Shown here: positions 13,616-24,493 of the stretch, piece after piece | How the letters are laid out: each line of letters begins with the position of its first letter | Numbering within the stretch: position 1 is the stretch's first letter | Assembly (NCBI GenBank): GCA_045837725.1 | Contig: JBEWZL010000064.1 | Span: forward strand, 1-64,000 | DNA length: 64,000 bases | Direction: 5' to 3' | Source: Vermamoeba vermiformis | Taxonomy: Eukaryota | The notes under the pieces: model-generated | Database searches by the model: none | Told to the model about the DNA's origin: nothing | Seen by the model: only the letters and a program-made list of their open reading frames with translations | Translations under genes and position numbers: made by a program

Positions 13616-16405
13616 TTATTGGTCGGGCTTGCTTTGTTCGTACACCTTGATTTTACCCTTCAATTCAAATATTTCATTCTTCAATATCATATTTTCATGG
13701 TAATATCGTTCGTACAAGGCTCGATAATCTTCGCTTGTGGTCTCTTTGAGCTTTTTGTTCTCACTCTTGAGTTCTTTGATCTGATCACTCATCGCTCTCA
13801 CATTGCTCGCAAGATTGGCCATTTCATCTTCGAATGACGAGCCTCCTGTTGACATTGGCACGCTACCACTCTTGCCTGCACTGCCATTGAAGCTTCCCGT
13901 GGTCGTGCCCTTGTTGGTCGACTTCTTGCGACCGCTCGACGATGCAAACTTCTTGGTGTACGAGCGAATCACAGCTTGAAGTTGTGCTTCGTTCATTTGT
14001 CTGAGTTCTTCTTCAGTGTACGAGAACAGCAGTTTGATCTTTGGAATGAACAACACACTGAGCGAGGTCATTGTCAAGAACAAGATGCAGCAGCACAACA
14101 AAGCGTATCGCACGACAACGTCAGGGACCAAAAAGATAACAGCGACAAAGATTACAATGAAACCAAAGTTGTACATCTAAATAGGCATTGGTTAGCTATC
14201 GGAGGACACGTCAAACACTGCACGAGCGAACTTACAGCCCAACCAATGTATTTGGCTTCGTTGTAGAGTGTCAATCGAAGCTTGCTTACAAGAGCTGAAA
14301 TGATAATGCCGAACACCATCACGATACCGTTGTACACAAGCAGAGTGATGCCAGTGGGGAAGTGGAACAAACAGAATGAGAACTGTTGGTCGCCTTCGTT
14401 CTGGAACTCGAACGAAGCGGGTTGAAGTCCCATCATCACAGCCAAGATGACACACTCACCCAACAAGATCACTCCAACACCAAAGCCAACATCACGATCA
14501 GTGTACTTGACAAGTTGAAGTGACTTGTTCGAGAACAACAAATAGATGCGTCCTGTCTTGGCGAACAATGATCTGAAGATAATGTTGGTCAGTAATGCTT
14601 TGACACGTGTCACAAGTGTCAAAATGTCAAAGTGTCAAACACTCACCCGAACAACAATGCAAAACCAACAGGAAGCATCCAAATGAACAAGTTACAGCCA
14701 ATATTAGTATTCGATACGAATGCTGCAACAGAGCCGAACATCAACATGCCTCCAATGCACATCGAGATCAAGAACACACCACTCGATGCGATGATCACCT
14801 TTGACTTGCGACTGTAGGTAAACACGTTAGAGATGAAAAGGAACACATTAATAATACGTACTACTTGGCAGTCACAGCGAGATAGAAAACTGAGACACAG
14901 AAACAAATGCCTGTTAAGACCCACATGGCGATCTGAAGATCCAGTCCTACTTCTTTGAACGACGCTTGACAGTAGGTGTGAGCTTTTGAACCAAGCATAT
15001 ATCACATTTTCTTGACTTACAAGGATGAACCCAGTTCTCCCAGATATGTTCGTTGTTCTTGACCCAATCACAGGCCGTGTCGAAGATAGATCGGGTTTGA
15101 TACAATTTGGCCAAGAGCTCTGTCATTTGATTACCATTAAGAGCGAATGACTGCGCTAAGAAAGCTGTTTCGGGACTGTACTCAGGAAGGTTTGCCCACA
15201 TAATCTTGCCAAGAATCTCAGGCGGGTAGTAGATCGCTGGATCGAAAGCTTAGCGCAATCCTTGTAGGACCATAAGACCCGCTATATACTTACAGTCGTT
15301 AGGTAGTTGAATACGCATCAAGTTAAAGATACTTTCCAACGTATGAGGCTTCCAGAAGTAAAACAACATTTGCTCCTTGCGCGCGTATCGTTCGATGAGC
15401 ATTTCGGTCATTTCAACTTCACCGCTCAACAACTGAATGTTAAGTGAGAAGTTTTGATCTTTGATGATGTTATCTTCCACGTCCAGCCAAGTCGGATCAC
15501 CAAGAATGAGGGTGTTGTTGAAGTAACCAGCGACACGTGGATCCGAGAAGTCACCGAACAATGCTTCGGGTACGTCATCGAGGACATATCTAGGCACGTA
15601 CCATCCTATCAATATGAGATTTAGTCAATAGGCGTTGAAGTAAAACGTGGTTTCAAAAAGATAACGGTCCAGTTCAAATTTAAATTCGCGTCGTTGAAAT
15701 TGCTTGTTCAACTCGCGAGCACGTGGTCATTAATTAACGACGTGATGTCTAGCAGATTGACATGGCAACCTGGCGAGATGCGAAATTTCCAGAATTTCAC
15801 CGCCCGACTTACCGGCTTGCCCAACCGTACCAAGAGGTCCTGCAGACAATATAGTTCCATCGTTGTAAATGTATTTCTCTTCTTGAACGCGTTGTGTAGA
15901 GGGCCTGTCAATACCAACGAATTAAATTTTAATAGTCAAACTTCAAAATTCTTGCTTTTCCATTTAAGGCAAAAAGTAAGGGGGACAGCTCGCAGGGTTC
16001 CCTAAATTATATAGTAATACTCACCAGTACTCCAGCAATGCATGTACGTTGCCTTGCGCCACTTGGTCCCACGAATCTGCTCCGTCGTTGATCGTGACTA
16101 ACTCATTTCGTACACCGATTGCTTCGTCCAATATAATGTTAGCGATGTTTGCACCTATTACTGAGCTAGACCACGTTCTCATAGCAAGTTTAACAGGGTT
16201 CCTAGCAGCATAGCCTAGCAACAAATGTCAGAATCATATCTTCAAACTGCTGTCACACGCAGATCGGCTTACCAGCAGGTCGAGGTCTATTAAGACAAGC
16301 TCCTCGCGCACTGTATGGTGCAGCAGTCTCCTGAGCGACTGCCATCGACAGGTAGACTACGAAGGCGAGTGCTGCAGTGATTATGAAACGAGTTGATCTT
16401 GCCAT
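13616..16405 (-). CDS. Class C GPCR with OpuAC/PBP2-like ectodomain, copy 2 (tandem with copy 1)
   Basis: Same exon structure and motifs as copy 1 (ORFs 16021..16224, 15250..15612, 14947..15201, 14152..14622, 13616..14176). Confidence 0.88.
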
Positions 16406-17095
16406 CTCGTTGGAGATCAATTTAGATCGGGACTTGTGTGGTGCTCTGTGCGACGAGTAATTGAAATTAATGCAGTTGGGGAATAATCTGATAGTTATTG
16501 TTGATCACAGTACACAGGACTGTGCTTCAGATTGCTATTAAAGGAAATTCGTTTATGCCGTGCACGCAAGATCTGTGCCTGAGATTGAATTATCAGAAAG
16601 GAGTTGTGATACTAGTAAATTATTATTGACTTACACGTGCGTTGAGCCCTCCGTTTACCACCACTCGACCTGCATCTTTTGCAAAGGAAACAAATAATAA
16701 AGCTGACTAACTAAATTAATGTTAAACTGACAACCTTTTGCTAATATTATAATTATATTATAATATAATTATTGGCAAGATCCTGCCCTAGCTGGATTGC
16801 CACTTGATCAAAAATCAACAAGCCCATTAATATTCGTATCACAATCCCCATTATTGTCGTGCGACGATCTATTTGTGCGAGACGAGAGGCAAAATGAAGT
16901 AACGGTTACTCGATATTTGGTCTTAGCACGTCGGGTATGTAAGCTGAAAATGCTGGCGTATTGTCCACTATGACATCATTGTCAAATCAATATATATCAA
17001 CGATGATACGAATACTGAATTGTGCTTCCCAGGTCTTTGTAAGTGAAAATGACTGTCCTTCCATTTTTAACTATTTATTCTAGAAGATAGCACAG

Positions 17096-18177
17096 ATGTC
17101 GTCTTCTACCTTTATTTATTCCGTAGTGGCCCGTTCTAAGGTCGTATTGGCCGAATATAGTGATCCCAATGCTTACAAAGGCAACTTTATCGTAGTTTCC
17201 AGACTCATCTTGGAGAAGCTGGATTCGTCTACAGATGTGAAGAAAGTCTATACTTATGATCAATATATGGTCCACATAGTCGTTAATTCAGGAATAATTT
17301 ACATGTGCATCACGGAGAGCTTGCAATCCGGCTCAATTATGCGTGTAATGAACTTTTTGGAAGAGATTCAGAAGCGATTTACTCAAACATACGATAATAA
17401 GAAAATAGCTAATGCAGCTGCATATGAAATGAACGATGAATTCGGCCGTGTTTTGCAATCCCAAATGGTAACGTATTTGTAAAATATTAACCGGCTGGCT
17501 TTGTCAGTTCATAGCCAATTCCTCGCGCAAATTATTTTAAATAACCAAAATTATATATGATATTATTTTTCCTATTTTTTCGAACTTTCTTGTCCCTTTT
17601 GTTCTTTGAAATTAGATGCACATGTCAATCTTCAAGCTCCTTAATAACATGTCATTTAATAGCAATACTGGTCCTCAAATATTGCAAATGATCGCAGCGC
17701 CGCCCTCATGAATAAAATTGAAGGCGTAAAAGGCATATTGATGGAGAATATTGAAAGACTGATGGATCGAGAAGAAAAAATCAGCTTGCTCGTCGAAAAA
17801 ACACAAGAAATGCAAGGCCAATCATTTACTTTTGCACAAAAGAGCACTGAATTGAAGAGGAAGTTGTGCTGGAGAAATTTCAGATTGTACATCGTTATCG
17901 CTGTTTTGTTGATGGTACGTGCACCTCAGATCCCACATATTTCAATTCTTATGAGCTTTTTATGGCTTATATTGAATACTATAGCATGATTTCGTAATAC
18001 ATATGGCTAACAGACTCCTAATAGGTTCTTGGTTGGTTGATCGCATCCTCGATCTGCGGTTTCGATTTCTCCAAGTGCGGTGGTGACGGTGAAAATCCTC
18101 CCCCTCGCTCATCTGCTGCTACCCTATACGGATCAATTACCGCCCTCGTTGTTTCTGTCGTCAGCCTACTATTTTAA
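17096..18177 (+). CDS. VAMP7: VAMP7-type longin R-SNARE (exons ~17096-17467, 17663-17914, 18025-18177)
   Basis: Longin domain FIYSVVARSKVVLAEY...GNF...ILEKL...FLEEIQKRF...AYEMNDEF; R-SNARE IEGVKGILMENIERLMDREEKISLLVEKT; TM after CWRNFR. Confidence 0.92.
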
Positions 18178-18457
18178 AGGCTGCCGTGTTTACCGACCTA
18201 GTTGCAGTTTAATTGACGCGTAAATTCGTCGGTTAAATTGCAACGTTTTGACCTCATTTTGTAATAAATAACTTTATGCTGTATTATAGCACATTAGAAT
18301 ATGGCTACTGGTCGAAAATCTCAGAGATGCATTTAATTATTATGCGTTTATTTATAAATAAGTGATTGATTAGATTACAATAATATATATTAGGTAGCAG
18401 TAAGTATGGTACAATCTATTAAAGTACAGGTTCCTTAGTAGGTAAAAAAGGAACGCT

Positions 18458-21400
18458 TTAATCGCTATCGGACGAGGACGAATCTTCGTCATTTGAGGGC
18501 AGATCTGACGGAGACGAGGACAATCCCGAAGAAGACGGGGAGGCAGCCACATTAGTATTGGTGTTAGGCGATGTAACGGGCGAGGACAAGCCACTCTTGT
18601 CGAGCAACATGTCAGTGCTCGTGTGAATGGTCAATTTCTCTTTCTCTGAATACAATGGGACCATTAGCTCGCATACTATTAAGGGAGGTACAAGTGACAC
18701 TTACGCAAGAGTTTCGCCTTTAGTTCCTTGTTCTCTTCTTCAAGATCCGTGTAGCGCTTCTTAAGTTGGTCAATCATAGCAGTTTCTTCAATGTTAGCTG
18801 GGCAAGTCACGTGTTAGCAATGAATTAGAACGCTAAATATAGTTGCTATAGACTTACTCGAAGCATTGGACAGAGCAGACATGTAAGTTGAAGTTTGACC
18901 CAACTTGTTCAAGTTCGAGTTGAGGGCTTTAGGATCCTTTTGTTCTGCAAGAAGAGGTTGGGTTAATTCTATCATTCACCATTTATAGGGTCGTATCAAC
19001 ACTTACTCGTCAACACGAAGTGCACTTTAGGCATGAACAAAATAGTCACTGTCGAGAACACTCCGAACAGAATTGCGGCAGATCTGCAGAAAATGGAGTT
19101 AGTGACCGATGCTAATAGTGCGCTAATATAACATTTGTATCATACCTAATGATAGTGTCTACCATTCTGTCGGTGATGTTAATCGAGTACACGATCAACA
19201 AGATCAAACCAGCGAATGTCAAGAGGTACATGGAGATGAGCACGTATTTAGACTCGTTGTATTCACTCACGACCTTACGGGCCCAAATACCTAAGATGAC
19301 ACCAGCAATAATAAGACCACCCTAATAAAGTACGTATGAGCAATGTATGACATGCGATGACACGTGTCAATCAGTCACTTACGTTGTACACGATGAGAAT
19401 AATGACGAAGGGTGTTTCTCCTTCGCGTGAGCATTGAGTGTAGTTTAAAGCAGGTCTGCGTAATGATTAACATACTATTCGGCTGTTGAAAGTATTTTAC
19501 GTACCTCAATGGATCTGGTTGAACGTATTCGGCAACAGGAGTAAATGCAGCGCTCCAGATAACCAAAACAATCTGTTCATGGTGAGTACATAGTATCGCT
19601 ATTATATGTGAAGTACTTACAATCTCAACGGAGACGAGAATAGCAACCACTTTGAGCAGTTGAATGTTCGGGATCTTGAGTGCCTTCAACTTCTTGTAGG
19701 TGAAAATTCTCCAAATACGCCATGTCTTGGCCAACAAGTTGCTGTAAAATAACACGTCAACACATCGAAAAGGATTCAACCGAGGCCAATGAACTTACGC
19801 GAACATCATGCCGAAGCCCAAGTTGAACAACCAGTAGCGGGCAATGCATGCGCCAGTAGTGGTCTCAAGGGTCCATAAGAAGACTACAACAACGGTTAGA
19901 CCAATAATAACTTCATACTAGTGTCACTTACTCGAGGCAAACATCATCAAGGCACCGAGCATAATCAACTCGACGAAGATGAGTGAAGCAGCAACGATTT
20001 GAGGCTTGTCTCGCCACACGTAGAACAAAATCATCAAGAACAAGCAGAAAGCGACGCCTAATCCAGCGATGGAGATAATGGCGATTTCAGCGGGAGTTTT
20101 GTACCAAGACGGGTCTTCAATGCGTTCGCTCCAAGTGGGCGCGGGGTAAATGGCTAAAAGTATCATGTTAGTGCTGTCAATTTGACACGTGTCACGTATA
20201 TTCGTACCATCCATTTCAGCTGAAGATAAGGGAGATACTAGATACGTGTCCATGTTTTGATCGTATTGTACGGTAGCAACTGTTGTAGTGGTCAATTGGC
20301 CGAACGGTGTGAACTGTAGCAAGCCATAGAAAGTTCTCATATTAATCTGAGGAAGAGTATTAGGCGAGGTCGTAATAAATATAAAATACGAGAATCATAC
20401 GGTAGCTAAGCCACGAGCAACAAGTGTCGGTTCTGACGAGCGAGCAATTTCAGTGGCTGTTTGGAAAGCCATACCAGCAGCATAGGAAGCAGCTGCAATG
20501 TACCTGCATTAATTAGATATGATACACATTAGGCTATATAAAATGAGATGCATACGTTGGACTTTGGCCGAACGCATTCGTGTAAGTGTTGAAAAACAAT
20601 TCGGGACTGGTCTCGTTGTCTGTCTGAATGAAGTGTTGTGCTTTCACTGAACCATCTTCGATGTGTTCTCGGCCTCGTAATCTCTCGTCCCAAGGTACCA
20701 CAGAGATGATATATCTAAACAAACAAATAAATTAGTTTCCTGATCTGAAAGTCGATCCACTGACTCAATTCAAAAATAATATATTATAACAATGACATAC
20801 CTGCCGTCTTCTCCGAGCTCTTCTTGATAATTGCCAGTAATGCAGTTGGCCAAGATGAGAGCGTTAGGCATGAAATTGTTGGCTTTGGCTCGCTTGACAA
20901 ATTGAATGCAGCCGTCAGGAGATGTAGCGCCAATAACAACATCTAATAGTACGTTGTCAATAATTATATTATTATGGTTAATCTTTCGGAGTGGAATAAA
21001 AAGATTGCGTCCGATCCGCCAGTACGCGATGATTGAATTTTGATATCATTGCAAGATTAATACTTACCAGCACCAGTATTGGCTAATTCGGCAATAACGT
21101 CGTCAATTGAATCCAATGAATCGAGCTTGTAAGTGTTTTTAACTTGGAAATTATTATCGGCAGCGCTGGTCGAGGCTCCACCGGCCATATTCCTATTAAA
21201 TTGGAATATTAGACACGCACTTACATACATTCTAAATCTAGATCGGAATAATTTCAATTTGCACGAATTGCTGCGGAGAAGAAAGATCTAACCCCAAAAC
21301 TTACTTGAAGTCTTCAGTATCTTCGTAAAATAGTGCAACAGATCTAGCGCCCTTGATTTTCATCAATGTAATTGCAGGCTGGAAATAAGTCGATGGAGGG

Positions 21401-22442
21401 GGCAAAAGTCCGGTCAACAGATCGAATCTACGATTGCCGTTACTGGAACAGGGCGATTGGCTTGTGTCGCATTCGAATAGAGTCTGAGAGTCATCGCCAG
21501 CTATAATTAATCGTTGTTAGAGAAATTTGCCGTGGATAAACCGAATTTAATTAAAGGACCGCTTGATGTGACGGGTAGAAAAATGACAGATCCTTCGCGT
21601 GATTGCGTTAATTTATACGAATATAATAGTATTGTAACAAAAAGTATTGTATTAATCGAATTTTTATCGAGTCCCGTACGTGACAACCGCATCTAATTTG
21701 AGCTAAAAATACTTTTAATCGATTGCGTATACTTTAAGTAAATATAACATAAATTTGCACTTAATAAATATCCAAAGGCTATAGTCTAATTGAATGACGG
21801 AATGAATCAGAAATTGAAACAATGGGAAGCCCATTAATTTCGGATCGAACACAATTAATATTGAAATTGCAACGGATTATAAAGATACGAGGGTATGATG
21901 CTTATAACAGTACTTACTAGCAAATGTGACTATCGTATTGGCAACAATTTGAGCTGTTTCGTTTGCCAGTACCGCTGAAAATGGCGCAAAGATCGCCGTA
22001 ACGTTTCCATAAACACCATTAATTATATCCGTGGCCGCGGCGCGTGTCTTGGTGACCATATCAGCTTGGGAGCTACCGCCGACATCAACTATATTATATT
22101 AAATTTGAATTAATTTAATTTTACGTTACACGGTATGATATCCGCTTCAAAAATCTTTGTAAATTAAGGAATTTAATGGCTTAAATATGATTTATACGAG
22201 CGCTAAATATCATGCTTCGGTATGCACTTACTGATCTGCAGCGTAATATTGTTTGGGACACCGCTGATGGTCAATCCACCCTTCTCATTAACTGTATTGG
22301 CCCATAGAGTAACGGCTTGGACTATGTGAGTTGCATCGCCAGCGTATTGACCGGTCAAGGGTTGCGGCACTGCAATAATCAGATTCGCCGAGACGGCCGA
22401 TAAAGCAACAAGCAAAATCCAACAGATGCCAATCAACTTCAT
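18458..22442 (-). CDS. Class C GPCR with PBP1 (branched-chain amino-acid-binding / Venus-flytrap-like) ectodomain
   Basis: Signal peptide then IAVPQPLTGQYAG...LWANTVNEKGGL, MRTFYGLLQFTPFGQ (PBP1 pattern); 7tm_3 motifs IVAAS, CIARYWLFNLGFGMMFANLLAKTWRIWRIF, YNESKYV, LFMPK; coiled coil and Ser-rich tail. Confidence 0.85.
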
Positions 22443-22605
22443 CTGTTTGCTGCGATTTAATTCGTGACTGATGTTGTCGCTATATAACTAGCTTTATTTT
22501 AAGAGTTAGACAGGTCGTGCACCTATTTTTTGATTCTGTCACTTGTCATAAATCGGTTGGAGATTTCTTTGTACGGAAGCACATCCGAAAAAGCGTTCAA
22601 GCAAC

Positions 22606-24258
22606 TTATAGCACAAATATAATAAGACTATATATACATAATGTTACATAATTTTGCTTACTCGAGCTCGCTGAAACAGCCCATTTCTCGAGGTAATCCA
22701 TTTTGAAGCTGAATCCGCCAGGCGCTGAGGAATCTGGAGTGGCAACAATAGGCAACCATACATATGTAGCGTTCTTTAATCCACCAGGGCCTAAAGTAAA
22801 GAATTAAAATCATTATTCAATCGAGTACGGGATGCCATTCACAATTTTGTAAATAACATAATTAGCCGCAATACCTTTTTGATTCCATCGGTCTCCCATA
22901 TATATAAGCTGTATATTATGTTGGTCATCTTCGTAAGGCAAGACATAGGCTGACTGCGAATTGAACGTGGTTTTGGATCCTGCATTAAAAATTAAGATTT
23001 CGGCTGAAATGGAGCCGTAGAGGGTCTTTTGGGACGAGACTTAATCTATAGTATTAATATATCTATTGAGTAAAGGACCTACTCGAAGGATTGCCGAGCG
23101 AAGTCCATGAAGCACCGATCAGAGGTCCATCTGCTACAAACAGCTCAGCGGGGTTGGGATCCCAATCTGAGCGGTAAATTTAAGATACATATAGTTCATA
23201 TATAGCATAAACTACATTAAATATTCAACCAATTACGTACTAGTCAGATGCGAGGTCCACAAGTAATAGTTGCCTTTATACTTGAAAAGTGCTTGGCCTT
23301 CACGCGATTCTGCGCATAGATTTTAATAAATATACTATTGTTAACATATATAGGTTATTCTTACTGCCAATAAAGCTCACTAACTCCACAGTGTTTAAAT
23401 AATCATTCGTTAGTAACGAGATCCCGACAAACTGATTCATTACGGAACGAATTAAATATGCACGACCATCATCATCTTGAAATAACGTCATATCATAGCT
23501 TCCTTGCCTGGTTGAAGATTTTGTTAGCGACATCCGGTTCGGAATCTGATTCTGACTCTTTTGCACGTACCCGTCGGGCTTGAAGGCGTGAACAAATTTA
23601 TACGGGCCGATAGCTTTATCAGCAATAGAGACTCCTACATAAGGATCAGTAACTTGAGCGGAGTTGAGGTGGATGTACAGCACGAATTTGCCAGTGCTCG
23701 GGTTTTTAATGACTTTGGGCCGATCTATTATGAAAGGTGGACCAAAGCTAACACCAGTTATATCATTTTGTCTGAGAACCTGATTTAAAATCAGTTTTAG
23801 AGTAATTTCAAAACGGATTTCATACCGTGCCTTCGAACTTCCAATTAGTCAAGGACTTGTCGCTAGTCGAATAGCAATTTACGCCGTGAGTGGACAGGTT
23901 AGAGTTTTTTTGCGTCTCTCCAAACCAGTAGTACACTCCGTTATCTATAAATAGGCAGTATTATTAATTTGCAAAGCACATCCGCAACATTACGCAATTT
24001 AAATCGCATAATATTTTAAATAAATACCTATTACATGCCCATGCCATGAGCTTCAATTCTGTTCCCATTCTACGGTAGATGTCAGAAAAAGATAAATTTG
24101 CAATTGATACAAAAGGTTATTCTTACAGTGTCGTACCATACTCGCCCAGAATATATATAATTATCTTTAGCAATATTATTTTCTGCTAGTGAGACTTCTG
24201 TAATGCAGAAAATAATTGCGATCAGGGCTAATAACCAAATTGTTGGGCTGTGCCCCAT
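22606..24258 (-). CDS. Secreted glycoside hydrolase family 43 (exo-beta-1,3-galactanase-like), probable GPI anchor
   Basis: Signal peptide; GVYYWFGE, GVNCYS, IIDRPKVI, SYDMTLFQDDDGRAYL, EGQALFKYKGNYYLWTSHLT, TTFNSQS, IYMGDRW, ATYVWLP; hydrophobic C-terminus YVTLCIYSLIIFVL*. Confidence 0.85.
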
Positions 24259-24493
24259 TCTATGAGACTAAATAATAGTCTAAAAAAATATAATACTATA
24301 ATCAGAGGTGTTTCTATTGTGTATTATTTACAAAGTGTCTCTGAGAGTTTCTACCGAAATTTATTTTTGCTTTAGCGATGACAAGCACAGCGTGCTGGTC
24401 ATTTTAGAAATGCTATAGAAATATAGTTATAGAGTTTAAGGCTGAGGCGACGTGAATTTTGATCTTCACTCATTATTCTTGACGAAAGCGCAG

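Noticed and set aside
16749-16772. 24-bp perfect A/T-only palindrome
   Set aside because: Low-complexity AT sequence in an intergenic region; no associated feature.
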